From NCBI GenBank assembly GCA_905233465.1, contig CAJOEI010000025.1, positions 4,951-68,950 on the forward strand: DNA of 64,000 nucleotides, read 5' to 3'. This document shows, in pieces, positions 26,245-37,100 of the stretch (positions within the stretch are counted from its first letter, which is position 1; every line of letters starts with the position of its first letter). The notes below the pieces were generated by a model. The model was not told the origin of the DNA. It saw only the letters and a list, made by a program, of their open reading frames with translations, and ran no database searches. Made by a program: the position numbers and the translations under genes. Origin of the DNA: an uncultured Bacteroidaceae bacterium (lineage in GTDB: Bacteria; Bacteroidota; Bacteroidia; Bacteroidales; Bacteroidaceae).

Positions 26245-27248
26245 TCGTCGCCAGTTATCTCGATGAGGAAATCCACCGTTTCAGGACTGATGCGCACTTG
26301 CGAGACACCATCAGGCAGCGAACGCAGTCGCAGATGTAGCTTGTCGTTGTCTGCAAGAGATATCAAATCTTCGTATGTGGCAGTGATGACAAAGTTTTCG
26401 GCTGTGATGAGCTTATATTGTTTTGCGCCTACACGGAATGTCACTTTTGCTGTTGCAGGGAAGGTGCGCAAAGTGTGGCCTGCGGGGAAGTTCGTACCGA
26501 TGATAGGCACTTCTACGGTCTTCTCGGTGAACATATCCACTTCGGCCGTCATTTGTATGCTGGCAGGGTCGAGCTTCACGCCTCGCGGAGCCTGCAAGTT
26601 GACATCAATAGTGCGGGTCTCTGTCAGGTCATTGAGCGTGAGGAAGGACGTTGTCACTGTGCTAAGGGTGTCGAGCACGTTTTTTGGTCCCCACGCTGTC
26701 ACAGTGTCGGGCGAGCAATGCACGTTAGCCAGATAGAAGAGTGAATTTGTGTAGATGCTTGCATTGGGCACGACCGCCACGCGCCGGCTGGTGCCGCGGC
26801 TGTATGAATACTCAAGAGTGTCGGGGTCAATGGACACAATGCTTGTCGAAGAAGACAAGATGGTTGCTATCTCCCCCGCTATTTCGGCTTGTGGTATCAT
26901 CACCATGCCATATTCGCTGCCGTCATCGCTCTTGGCGAAGTCCACCACCAAGGGACGTATGCGTGTGCCATTGATGTAGCGGATGAGTGATGTACCCTTG
27001 TCGCGGACGGTAACCACGAGCTGTTCTGGTGGTTCGGTTGTCAGGACGACATTCTCAGGCACACCGATGAGTTCGACAGGCACACGCACGGGCATATCGA
27101 AGACACCGTTCAGGGTCTGAATGACCCAGAACAGTGCCGAGATAAGCACAAAGAAAGCAAACACCAGAGCCTCGCGGCTACGCTTGGAGAGAAGTGCTGC
27201 CTTCAGAGCCTCCCAGAAACGACGTAAGCCTACACGGTCTATGCTCAA
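26241..27248 (-). CDS. YbbR-like domain-containing protein
   Basis: An N-terminal TM helix is followed by repeated beta-rich YbbR-like modules. A 4-bp overlap with coaE is typical of this arrangement. Confidence 0.6.
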   Translation of the reverse strand: MSIDRVGLRRFWEALKAALLSKRSREALVFAFFVLISALFWVIQTLNGVFDMPVRVPVELIGVPENVVLTTEPPEQLVVTVRDKGTSLIRYINGTRIRPLVVDFAKSDDGSEYGMVMIPQAEIAGEIATILSSSTSIVSIDPDTLEYSYSRGTSRRVAVVPNASIYTNSLFYLANVHCSPDTVTAWGPKNVLDTLSTVTTSFLTLNDLTETRTIDVNLQAPRGVKLDPASIQMTAEVDMFTEKTVEVPIIGTNFPAGHTLRTFPATAKVTFRVGAKQYKLITAENFVITATYEDLISLADNDKLHLRLRSLPDGVSQVRISPETVDFLIEITGDE

Positions 27249-27280
27249 CTTTCCAGATATTACGTTTTAATAGACCTCTT

Positions 27281-27604
27281 TTAGCTCTTCTGCTGTCCGG
27301 CGACATCCTGAGCAGAAGCGAAGACGGAGTTGCGGTCGATGCGGATGCGCACACCGCTGGCAATCTCTACAATGAGGGCATTGCTCGCATCGTCGATGTC
27401 GCGTACCACGCCATAGATGCCTCCGGCTGTGATGACTTCAGTGCCTTTTTCTATCGATTGACGGAACTCGCGCAGCTTCTGCTGTTGTTTGCGCTGAGGC
27501 ATGATGATGAACAGCCACATGATGCCGAACATGATTACGAGCATCAGCAGAGTGCTTGTCAGGCCGCTGGCCTGACCTGCGGCAAGGAGGGAGATGAGTA
27601 ACAT
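27281..27604 (-). CDS. yajC: preprotein translocase subunit YajC
   Basis: 107 aa with one TM helix. Contains MPQRKQQQKLREFRQSIEKGTEVITAGGIYG. Confidence 0.85.
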   Translation of the reverse strand: MLLISLLAAGQASGLTSTLLMLVIMFGIMWLFIIMPQRKQQQKLREFRQSIEKGTEVITAGGIYGVVRDIDDASNALIVEIASGVRIRIDRNSVFASAQDVAGQQKS

Positions 27605-27667
27605 GATTGTTATTGTTTTTATGAGTGATTATTCTAATTGATTGTGATTAAGCCTATTGACGACTTA

Positions 27668-28615
27668 TCAATGCTTCCTCTCCGGCATTTCCTTCTTGAT
27701 GCGTCCGTCAGCGATGAGCGCACGTACTATGGTGTCAAGCATGCCGTTGATATATGCTCCGCTGCGAGGAGTGGAATATGCTTTTGCCACTTCGACAAAC
27801 TCATTGATAGTAACTATTGGAGGTATCTGCGAGAAAGTAAAGATTTCAGCCAATGCCACTTCCATGATTATCAGGTCCATAGTGGCCACACGGCTCACGT
27901 CCCAATTGTCAAGGAACTGAGAGATGAGGTTCTTGTAGCTCTCGGCACTGAGCATAGCTGCACGGAACAGGCGGCGCGCAAATTCGCGATCTTCCTCCTC
28001 GCGGAACTCTGGCAGTAATTCCTGGTTGGCACCCGCCTTCGGGTCGAAGCGTTTGATTGTCTTCAGTATGAAAGTGTCGATGATGAAACGGTCGTCGTTC
28101 CAGTATATGCTCTTGTCTTCCAGCAACTGGTTCAGGTCCTCGTCTTCCACAATAATGTGACGGTAGATGTTACGCCACAACTCGCGGTCGTCCTCGTATG
28201 TGGGCTCGTCCGCAGAAGCCATATAATCCTTGTAGATGTCGCTCTCCACGATGCGTTTGTAGAGTCGGCGCACATAATCCTCGTCGTCGGCCCAGGTCTT
28301 CTTCTGTGTCTCGATGAATTCCCGCAACTGCTTGTTGCTGCTCAGCTGAACGATGAAGGTGTTGTCTATGAACCTCGTGCTGGGTCGGGCACCCTCGCCC
28401 AAGCGCAATGTCCTGTTTGTTGCGGTCTCCACGGCACGCTCAGCGATACGGCTGACTTCCACCATGAGTTGCAACATATACATATACAGGTCGTACGCCT
28501 TGGAGATGCTGAAGAAGAGTTCTTTCTCGGCGAGGTCCAGCTTCGTGTCACCGTTGATGTGGTGAGCATAGACCAATTGGACGATCTTCAATCGTATTAA
28601 TTCTCTATTTATCAT
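27668..28615 (-). CDS. nusB: transcription antitermination factor NusB (long Bacteroidota form)
   Basis: The N-terminus is MINRELIRLKIVQLVYA. The C-terminal NusB fold region reads DLIIMEVALAEI...EFVEVAKAYSTPRSGAYINGMLD. Confidence 0.8.
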   Translation of the reverse strand: MINRELIRLKIVQLVYAHHINGDTKLDLAEKELFFSISKAYDLYMYMLQLMVEVSRIAERAVETATNRTLRLGEGARPSTRFIDNTFIVQLSSNKQLREFIETQKKTWADDEDYVRRLYKRIVESDIYKDYMASADEPTYEDDRELWRNIYRHIIVEDEDLNQLLEDKSIYWNDDRFIIDTFILKTIKRFDPKAGANQELLPEFREEEDREFARRLFRAAMLSAESYKNLISQFLDNWDVSRVATMDLIIMEVALAEIFTFSQIPPIVTINEFVEVAKAYSTPRSGAYINGMLDTIVRALIADGRIKKEMPERKH

Positions 28616-28635
28616 ATTTCTGACCGTTTGGCGTG

Positions 28636-28643
28636 CAAAATTA
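28636..28643 (-). promoter_or_regulatory. candidate -7 box TAATTTTG for nusB
   Basis: The reverse complement of caaaatta lies 21 nt upstream of the nusB ATG (28615). Confidence 0.45.
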
Positions 28644-28761
28644 CGTATTTCTAATCAAAAAGTAGGCTATGACAGCAAGTTTTTCTGATTTTTTTTGGCT
28701 GTTTCCCGAATTATGGCCAATTTTGGCAGCCAAAAAGTTATTTTTCCCCTAAAATCATTAC

Positions 28762-29100
28762 ATGAAAGATCCACAAAACAACTTCCGTGCTGAGAGGGAT
28801 ATCCTTTTCTCTCGCTCTATTCGTGCTGGCAAACGCATCTATTATGTCGATGTCAAACAGACATCAAAGGGCGAGATGTACTTGGCCCTCACTGAGAGCA
28901 AAAAGATTGTGAGCGGCGATGTCGACATGCCTCAGGTGAACTTCGAGAAGCACAAGATTTTTGTCTATCCCGAGGACTTTGAGAAATTCACCAGCGGTTT
29001 GGCTGATGCAATGAAGTTTATCTACGAGGAACAAGGCAAGGCCGAACAACGCTCTGATGATTCATCCAGCGAGATACAGCTGGACGATATGGAATTCTAA
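28762..29100 (+). CDS. PUR-alpha-like DNA/RNA-binding protein (DUF3276)
   Basis: Contains ILFSRSIRAGKRIYYVDVKQTSKGEMYLALTESKK. Length is 112 aa. Confidence 0.65.
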   Translation: MKDPQNNFRAERDILFSRSIRAGKRIYYVDVKQTSKGEMYLALTESKKIVSGDVDMPQVNFEKHKIFVYPEDFEKFTSGLADAMKFIYEEQGKAEQRSDDSSSEIQLDDMEF

Positions 29101-29109
29101 TCCTCTGCC

Positions 29110-31158
29110 GTGTTTCGCCCCGTCTCTGTCGCCGTCTGTGCGTTTGCAGCAGGTGTAGCAGCAGGCGGAGCTCTATTCACACCCTTTTCTGCAGACGTCG
29201 CCGACGCGGCGCTGCTGTCCGTCTGTGCTCTGCTGTTAACTGTCTCGCTGTTTGTCTTGTGGCAATGGCACAAGGGCGGCTGGCGGCGTGAATGGATTTT
29301 CGCCACTGTTGTTGCACTTACATTCTTTCTGGCAGGAACAGGACGCTATGTTTGGCATTGTGTGCATCATGCTCCGCGATGGGAGGAGGGCATGACTGGC
29401 GTAGATGCCGTTGTCGTAACGTCGCCACGACTGGTTGACAACCACTTGAAATGCAGCGTTTTCTGTCCATACAGCCGCTGGAACAATGGCACACAAGTGG
29501 CAGGCCAGACATTTGTTCTCAATGTGTGGCCCGACCGCGGCAGTAATGTTCCTGCCGAGCTCAACATTGGTGATGTGTTGCACATCGACGCTCCTGTGCG
29601 CAGACCTCGCAATATGGGTAATCCCGACGAGTTTGATTATGCCTCGTGGCTGTGGTGCCAAGGAGTGACTGGCATCATTCATGCCAGCGCGATACAGCTG
29701 ACGGTTGCACAGGACAGTGCAGCTGCTGCCACACGCCACGGCCTTCCCATTATGATGCGTCTGAGGCTGAAAGCCCTACAATGGCGCGAGCATCTGATAG
29801 ACATTTATCGCTCTGCTGACATCGGTGACGAGGCTTTTGCGCTCATTGCAGCACTGACTCTGGCCGACCGTTCGCAACTGCAGGCTTCCACCCGCGAGGC
29901 CTTTGCCGAAGCAGGAGCCAGCCATCTGCTGGCGCTGTCGGGGTTGCATCTGGGCATCTTGCTTGTTGTGCTGATGGCGCTCCTGAACGGGCCATTGCTG
30001 TTGTCCGCATGGCGCAGACCCCTCTGCCTGATGGCCATCGTGCTGACTTGGAGCTTTGCATTCCTTGTTGGCCTGCCAACGTCGTTGGTTAGGGCATGTG
30101 TGATGACCACTGTGTTTCTGTTTGCCGGTTTGCTTCATGCAGAGGTGTCGTCGCGACACTCGCTGCTGCTCACCGTTGGCGTGATGCTCGCCTTGCAGCC
30201 AACATACCTCTTCGATGTCGGCGCACAGCTCTCGGTGGCTGCCGTAGCCGGCATCACCACTCTCTACTCGCCAATGTATATGTTCCTGTTCCGACGCTGG
30301 CGATATGTAGTATTCTGGATGGAGAGGTATTGGCTCTTCTGGCCAGTAAAGATGATTTTAGTATCTATTGCAGCTCAGGTGTTTACGCTGCCGTTAGTGG
30401 CGTATTATTTCCATCGAATACCCCTTTACGGCGTTCTGATCAACATCGCAGTGATTCCCATTACTGTCGTTCTGCTGCATTGCGGATTGTTGCTGCTGTT
30501 GTCAGCCGCGCTGTGGCCTTTGCTGGCGGCGTGTGTGGCATGGCTGATAAAGATGTTGGTAGCAGTGTTGCTGGCTGTGGTGCAGTTCACTGCAGGCCTG
30601 CCTGGTGCCAACATTAACGACTTCTGGAGCCGGCGTGCGCAGCCGCAACTCGTGGTATACAACAATCGCCGTTGCCCAGCCTTGCACGTCATCACATCAC
30701 CTGACCACAGCGTCCTAATGATGCCCCGGCCCGAGCTGGCGGATTCCGGACTGGCGTACATACGTTCCAACTTCTGGCAGAGACGTCTTACGGCCGAACC
30801 TGTTCCGCTACAAAAACATAACGCACTGCTGCTCAATGGACTGCGTGTCGCCATGCTGGCCGACAACGACAATGCACTGCCACATGAGGCTGATGTGTTG
30901 TGGATATGTGGCAACTACAGCGGCAGGCTTGACACTATCACTCTGGCACGCCAGCCACGACTGGTGATTCTCGATGCATCGCTGCCAGCTTATCGTCGCC
31001 AAGAGTATCAATTAGTAGCAAACAAAAACGCGTGGCCGATATGGGATATCGCCACGCGTGGGGCTTTGGTGTTGCCATTACCTTTGAATCTGCAGGACAA
31101 CATCCGCACGTCTGCACCAAAACATCCACAAGTTGGCATGAAAACATCCGGAGGTTAG
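29110..31158 (+). CDS. comEC: ComEC/Rec2 family competence channel protein
   Basis: Polytopic membrane protein containing AFAEAGASHLLALSGLHLGIL. Starts at GTG; the exact start is uncertain. Confidence 0.78.
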   Translation: MFRPVSVAVCAFAAGVAAGGALFTPFSADVADAALLSVCALLLTVSLFVLWQWHKGGWRREWIFATVVALTFFLAGTGRYVWHCVHHAPRWEEGMTGVDAVVVTSPRLVDNHLKCSVFCPYSRWNNGTQVAGQTFVLNVWPDRGSNVPAELNIGDVLHIDAPVRRPRNMGNPDEFDYASWLWCQGVTGIIHASAIQLTVAQDSAAAATRHGLPIMMRLRLKALQWREHLIDIYRSADIGDEAFALIAALTLADRSQLQASTREAFAEAGASHLLALSGLHLGILLVVLMALLNGPLLLSAWRRPLCLMAIVLTWSFAFLVGLPTSLVRACVMTTVFLFAGLLHAEVSSRHSLLLTVGVMLALQPTYLFDVGAQLSVAAVAGITTLYSPMYMFLFRRWRYVVFWMERYWLFWPVKMILVSIAAQVFTLPLVAYYFHRIPLYGVLINIAVIPITVVLLHCGLLLLLSAALWPLLAACVAWLIKMLVAVLLAVVQFTAGLPGANINDFWSRRAQPQLVVYNNRRCPALHVITSPDHSVLMMPRPELADSGLAYIRSNFWQRRLTAEPVPLQKHNALLLNGLRVAMLADNDNALPHEADVLWICGNYSGRLDTITLARQPRLVILDASLPAYRRQEYQLVANKNAWPIWDIATRGALVLPLPLNLQDNIRTSAPKHPQVGMKTSGG

Positions 31159-31300
31159 CGGAAAATGATCCTGGAAGATTTACGTGAAAGCCCCGGATGT
31201 TTTAGTGCAAACCTCCTTAACCCCCGGGCCTTTTACCGCTAAAATGTTAAAATATCTAACTGATTAATTTACAATGCGTTTGAGTGGCGCAGGCGCATTG

Positions 31301-31335
31301 TCATCCATTATCCATTTCCAATTATCAATTAACTA
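31301..31335. repeat. 7-bp tandem tract (TTATCCA/TTTCCAA/TTATCAA)
   Basis: The tract reads tcatcca ttatcca tttccaa ttatcaa ttaacta. It shares an identical 17-mer (atttccaattatcaatt, 31314-31330) with 50683-50699. Confidence 0.85.
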
Positions 31336-31337
31336 AT

Positions 31338-31413
31338 GCCTACATACTAACCTACATGGTCCTATATTGCACATTAACAATGTGTTAGATACCGACCATG
31401 TAGGCATGTAGGT
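31338..31413. repeat. long imperfect palindrome built from CCTACAT(G) motifs
   Basis: CCTACAT occurs at 31339 and 31351. Its complement CATGTAGG occurs at 31397 and 31405, and CATGTAG at 31431. An 11-bp stem pairs cctacatggtc with gaccatgtagg. The inner palindrome is cacatt-aac-aatgtg (31370-31384). Confidence 0.8.
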
Positions 31414-31466
31414 TGATTTTGGTAAAATTGCATGTAGTGCGCGCGCGCGCGAGGCTGCAATTTGGG

Positions 31467-32573
31467 CTAAAGCTGAACCGGTTCGTATGGCAGGCCAAAG
31501 ACATCGGCCACAGCCTTGAAGGTCACGTGGCCCTCAACAATATTCAGGCCGCGACGCAAGCTCTTGTCGTCACGGCAAGCCTGCTGCCAACCCTTGTCTG
31601 CCAAGGCCAGAGCATAGCGCAGCGTAGCATTGGTCAGGGCGATGGTTGAGGTGTTGGGCACCGCACCGGGGATGTTGGCTACACAATAATGCACGATGCC
31701 GTCAATCTCATAGACCGGCTCGCTGTGTGTCGTCGGATGCGAAGTCTCAAAGCATCCTCCCTGGTCAATCGCCACGTCAACCATCACCGTGCCGCGTTCC
31801 ATCAGCGGAAGCATGTCGCGTGTGATGAGGTTTGGGGTCTTGTCGCCCGGCACAAGCACAGCTCCCACGACAATGTCAGTTGTCGGCAGTTCGCGACGGA
31901 TGTTGTGAGGTGTGGAATATAGCGTATGCACGTTCTGAGGCAATTCCATCTCCAACTGGCGCAGACGCGGCAGCGAGATATCGGCAATCGTCACCTCGGC
32001 ACCCAGACCGGCAGCCATGCGTGCGGCAGCTTCGCCCACAACACCGCCGCCAAGCACCAGCACGCGGGCTGGGCGCACACCGGGCACACCACTGATGAGC
32101 TTGCCCTTGCCGCCTTTCGTCTTCTGCAGATAATATGCTCCGTTGAGTGTCGCCATGCGGCCGGCCACCTCGCTCATTGGCAGCAACAGCGGCAGAGCGC
32201 CGTTGGACTGCTGCACTGTCTCATAGGCCAGACAGACAGCTCCGCTGCTGAGCATAGCATCTGTCAGCGGGCGGTCGCAGGCAAAATGGAAGTACGTGAA
32301 CAGCAACTGGCCACGACGCACCAACGGATATTCCGCTTCGATGGGCTCCTTGACTTTGACAATCATATCGGCTGTGGAATATACATCCTCGATAGCGGGG
32401 AGTATCTGTGCCCCAGCTTCAACATACATCTCATCGCTGAAGCCGCTACCCTCACCGGCAGTGTGCTGAACATACACCGTGTGTCCGTGACGAACAAACT
32501 CCGCCACGCCGGCTGGCGTCATACCTACGCGGTTCTCATTGTTCTTGATCTCTTTAGGTATTCCGATTTTCAT
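31467..32573 (-). CDS. ald: alanine dehydrogenase
   Basis: Contains [23 protein letters not shown] and [22 protein letters not shown]. Length is 368 aa. Confidence 0.9.
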   Translation of the reverse strand: MKIGIPKEIKNNENRVGMTPAGVAEFVRHGHTVYVQHTAGEGSGFSDEMYVEAGAQILPAIEDVYSTADMIVKVKEPIEAEYPLVRRGQLLFTYFHFACDRPLTDAMLSSGAVCLAYETVQQSNGALPLLLPMSEVAGRMATLNGAYYLQKTKGGKGKLISGVPGVRPARVLVLGGGVVGEAAARMAAGLGAEVTIADISLPRLRQLEMELPQNVHTLYSTPHNIRRELPTTDIVVGAVLVPGDKTPNLITRDMLPLMERGTVMVDVAIDQGGCFETSHPTTHSEPVYEIDGIVHYCVANIPGAVPNTSTIALTNATLRYALALADKGWQQACRDDKSLRRGLNIVEGHVTFKAVADVFGLPYEPVQL

Positions 32574-32673
32574 AGTTAGTTATGTTTTTATAAGGTTTGA
32601 AAAAAGTTGAAAGTCAAGCAGGTGACGACATCCATCGTTTACAAGCTCAACTTTCAACCATATATTGTCAATA

Positions 32674-33711
32674 TCAGATTAGTGCAATCTTGGCCTCACG
32701 GCATTCGCGACGCATAGCCTCGGGCCAGATGCTGGCCTGTGTCTCACCGATATGTGCTTTCTGCAGCAGCGTCATGCACAAACGGCTCTGGCCTATGCCG
32801 CCACCGATGCTCAGAGGCAGTTCTCCTCGCAGCAACCGCTGGTGGAAAAACAGCTCGCGGCGCGATTCCTTACCTTGCAGGACAAGCTGGCGTTCCAGCG
32901 CCTCGGCATCTACGCGGATGCCCATACTGCTGAGTTCAATGCTACGATTCAGCACCGGATACCATATCAGCAGGTCGCCGTTCAAGCCCTCGAAGCCATC
33001 ATCATTGGGCGTGGACCAGTCGTCGTAGTCCGGCGCACGCAGGTCGTGCTCGCGCCCGTCACCCAACTTGCCGCCGATGCCGATGATAAACACTGCTCCA
33101 TAAGCCTCACAGATGGCGTCCTCACGCTGCTTGGAGGTCATGCCGGGATACATGCGGCGCAGTTCCTCGGAGTGAATGAAATGAACTTCTTCGGGCAGGT
33201 AGGGCCGCAGCTGCGGGTACATCTCGCTCATATAGTATTCTGTGCGCAGAATGGCGCTGTAGATGCGTTCCACAATACGCTTGAGGAACGACAGGTTGCG
33301 GTCGCTGCGCTGTATGGTGCGCTCCCAGTCCCATTGGTCTACGTATATACTGTGGATATTGTCCAACTCCTCGTCAGCACGCACAGCATTCATGTCGGTT
33401 ATGATGCCATAACCCGGCTGCACCTTATACTCTGCAAGCGTATTGCGCTTCCATTTGGCCAGGGAATGCACAATCTCAGCCTGCGCATCGCCCAAGTCCT
33501 TGATGGGAAATGTCACAGGACGCTCCACACCATTGAGGTCGTCATTCAGACCCAGTCCCTTCAACACGAAGAGCGGAGCCGTTACACGTCTCAGACGCAA
33601 TTCACTGGATAGGTTGCTAAGAAAGAAGTCCTTAATCTTCTTGATTGCCAGCTCCGTCTGCTGTAAATCCAACAGCGGAGCATAGCCTTCTGGTTTCAAT
33701 AATTTACTCAT
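32674..33711 (-). CDS. asnA: aspartate--ammonia ligase (asparagine synthetase A)
   Basis: Contains HSLAKWKR, YVDQWDWER, DYDDWSTP, ELSSMGIRVD and GGGIGQSRLCM. A -7 box at 33741-33748 excludes the track start at 33741; ATG 33711 (MSKLL) is preferred. Confidence 0.9.
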   Translation of the reverse strand: MSKLLKPEGYAPLLDLQQTELAIKKIKDFFLSNLSSELRLRRVTAPLFVLKGLGLNDDLNGVERPVTFPIKDLGDAQAEIVHSLAKWKRNTLAEYKVQPGYGIITDMNAVRADEELDNIHSIYVDQWDWERTIQRSDRNLSFLKRIVERIYSAILRTEYYMSEMYPQLRPYLPEEVHFIHSEELRRMYPGMTSKQREDAICEAYGAVFIIGIGGKLGDGREHDLRAPDYDDWSTPNDDGFEGLNGDLLIWYPVLNRSIELSSMGIRVDAEALERQLVLQGKESRRELFFHQRLLRGELPLSIGGGIGQSRLCMTLLQKAHIGETQASIWPEAMRRECREAKIALI

Positions 33712-33740
33712 GGTACATGATTGTTTGTCTATATGCGGCA

Positions 33741-33748
33741 CAAAGGTA
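33741..33748 (-). promoter_or_regulatory. candidate -7 box TACCTTTG for asnA
   Basis: The reverse complement of caaaggta lies 30 nt upstream of ATG 33711. Confidence 0.5.
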
Positions 33749-33977
33749 GGTGATTTCTTTCAATCTGCAAATAAAAACCAAGGTTATTTGTTATTATGTA
33801 TGATTTATCCAGTTTTTACGTTGACCATTATTAAGTCTTTGGACGGTGTGGTTGCAAAAAGTAGCCAAAAGAGGCAAAAAAACAGATTTTTGTATCTCAA
33901 ATGGCTATTTGCACAATAAAAATGCATTCCAATCAACATTTCTTCACATTTTTCATTGCTGTTTGATAAATTTATAT

Positions 33978-33985
33978 TAATTTTG
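33978..33985 (+). promoter_or_regulatory. candidate -7 box TAATTTTG (followed by CGCCC) for the SusC-like gene
   Basis: Matches TAnnTTTG about 115-125 nt upstream of the SusC-like start. Confidence 0.45.
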
Positions 33986-34109
33986 CGCCCAAATTGAGTC
34001 AAAAGTATGCCCTCTTGCCTCAAACGAGGCGGATAAGGCTACCTATTTACATATACGCACGCGCGAACATTAAATAAATTATATATCTGTTTAATTAATG
34101 AGAGTATTT

Positions 34110-37100
34110 ATGGAAAAAAGACTAACAATGCTCATGAGCTCGCTCTTCCTCTGCGTGGGAATGGCGATGGCTCAAGTCACGGTCAAGGGTACCGTCATCT
34201 CGGCAGATGATGGCGAACCTCTGCCCGGCGCTGCTGTGAAGGTCCTCGGCCAGAAGGCTGGCACGACAACCGACAGCAACGGTCAGTTCACCATTCAGGT
34301 GCCCGAAGAAGGCACCCGTCTGGAGTTCAGTCACATCGGCATGCTGCCGCGCGTCATCAAGGGTCGCAACGGCATGCAGATTGCACTCGACACCGACAAC
34401 CGCCTCCTCGACGAGGTGATGGTTGTGGCTTACGGTACGAGTAAGCGCTCCACATTCACCGGCTCTGCTACTGAGCTCAAGAGTGAGGAAATCACAAACC
34501 ACGTCAGCTCGACAGCTACCAACTCCCTGATTGGTAAGGTGGCTGGTGTGCAGGCAACAGGCGTCAGCGCCGGCCCCGGTAGCTCACCCACAATCCGCAT
34601 CCGTGGTATCGGTTCTATGGAAGCCAGCACCACACCTCTGTACATCATCGATGGTGTGCCTATGGCTGCTGCTGTCGTTACCATCAACCCCAACGACATC
34701 GAGAGCATGTCAGTGCTGAAGGATGCCAGCGCAACCGCACTTTATGGTGCTCGCGCTGCCAACGGTGCTATCATCATCACCACCAAGAAGGCCAAGGGCA
34801 AGCAGGATGCTGAGGTCACCTTCGATGCCAAGTGGGGTAGCAACTCACGCCTGGTGCCGCAGTACGACGTCATCACCGATCCCGGTCAGTACTACGAGAC
34901 ACAGTATGCCAGCCTCTACAACTGGCGCAAGAACCTCGGCTACAGCGACCAGGATGCATACCGTTGGGCTAACGACAACCTCTTCAACGGCAACAACGGT
35001 GGTCTGGGTTATCAGGTCTACACCATCCCCGAAGGCCAGTACCTCATCGGTACAAATGGTAAGCTCAACCCCAAAGCTACTCTCGGCTACAGCGACGGTG
35101 AGTACTACTACACTCCCGATAACTGGTATGACGAGACCTACCACAACAGCTTCCGTCAGGAGTACAACGTCAGCGTCAGCGGCGGCACAGACCGTCTGAG
35201 CTACTATGCAGGCGTGGGCTTCCTCGAGGACGGTGGTACAGTGGAGAACTCCACTTACAAGCGCTACACCGCTCGCACCAATGTCGAGTATCGCGCTAAG
35301 AAGTGGCTGAAGTTGAACACCAACATGGGCTTCACACACCGCGACAGCCAGAACCCCACATACGGAACAACATGGGGCTCCAGCGGTAACCTCTTCTATA
35401 TCACAAACAACATGGGCCCGATCTATCCTCTCTACGTCCGCAACGCCGACGGTAGCCTGAAGGTGGAGAACGGCATCCAGATCTATGATAGCAACCAGAC
35501 TGGTCAGGTACGTCCGAGCATGGTGGGCAACGCTGTGCGCGACAATATGTACGACCGTCGTCGCGGCTATGGTGATGTCTTCACCGGCCAGTGGCAGGCT
35601 ACCATCACCCCCATCGAGGGTCTCGACATCTGGGCTCAGCTCGCTGCTCAGAGCATCAACAGCCGCACCAACTATCTCTACAGCCGCTTCGGCAGTGGTG
35701 CCAGCGTTGACGGTATTGCCTACACCAACCACGACCGCACATTCAACATCAACCAGCAGTACATGGCCAACTACCAGAAGGCTTTTGGCCAGCACAACAT
35801 CAACATCCTCGTCGGTTACGAGAACAACCGTCAGACAGAGCAGAACCTCAACGGTGACAAGGATCACCTCTTCAACCCCTACGTAGGTGAGCTCAACAAC
35901 GCACTCTCACACACCAACGAGCACGTTTACTCCAACACCGACCACATCTTCCGTCAGGGTGTGCTTGGCAAGGTGGCCTACGACTTCGGCGAGCGCTACT
36001 TTGTTGACGCCAACATCCGTCGCGACGGCAGCTCCATCTTCGCTCCCGGTCACCGCTGGGGTACCTTCGGCGGCGTAGGTCTGGGCTGGCAGATCAACAA
36101 GGAGGCCTTCATGGCCAATGTTGAGTGGGTCGACCTCTTGAAGCTCAAGGCCAGCTTCGGTGCCAACGGTAACGACGGCGGCATGGGCTACCACGCTTAC
36201 AGCGACTTCTACACCACCAGCTACAACGATGAGACAGGTGAGTACTCCATCGCTCAGACAACCAAGGGCAATGAGAACCTCACATGGGAGAAGAAGAAGA
36301 TGTTCAACGTCGGTGTTGACTTCTCTCTGTTCAAGTATCGTTTGAACGGTACTGTCGAGTTCTACACAGGCCGCACCACAGACCTGCTCTACACCAAGGA
36401 TCTGCCTCTTTCCAGCGGTATCAGCGCACGCACATATCCCACAAACATCGGTACTCTGCTCAACCGCGGTATTGAGGTTTCTCTCGACGGTGACATTATC
36501 CGCACCAAGGACTTCAAGTGGAACATCAACGCAACTCTGGCACACAACCACAATGAGTTCCTGCATCTGGATCCCGCTGACGAGGCCGCTGGTGGCATCA
36601 AGTCTGGCAACCGCATCATCCGTGTAGGCGGTTCCATGTTTCAGGCTTACATGCTGCGCTATGCTGGCACATACCAGGGCAGCTATGATGGCGACATCAC
36701 TCCTGTGGCTTCTGCTGCCAGCAATCCTCTGCAGCCAGGTCAGGCTCTGTGGTATGCCCGCGAGCTCGACGCTAACGGCAATGAGACTGGCAAGGACATC
36801 GTGGTCAACTCCATTGACGCAGCCGACCAGTACGACTTAGGCAGCGTGCTGCCCAAGGTCATCGGCGGTTTCGGCACCTCATTCGAAGCTTACGGTGTTG
36901 ACCTCAGCGCTCAGTTCAGCTATCAGCTCGGCGGTAAGACCGTTGACGGCGCTTACCAGGCTCTGATGGTCAACGGCCGCTCACAGGGTCAGGCTATCCA
37001 CAAGGATCAGCTCAACGCTTGGAGCACCGAGAACCCCACATCTGACATCCCCCGTCTGGTCTATGGCGATGCCGACATGAGCTCGCAGACAGCCAGCGAC

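Noticed and set aside
31439-31451. Alternating (GC)n run as a functional Z-DNA element
   Set aside because: A 13-nt run alone cannot be interpreted. I kept it only as part of the description of the structured comEC/ald spacer.
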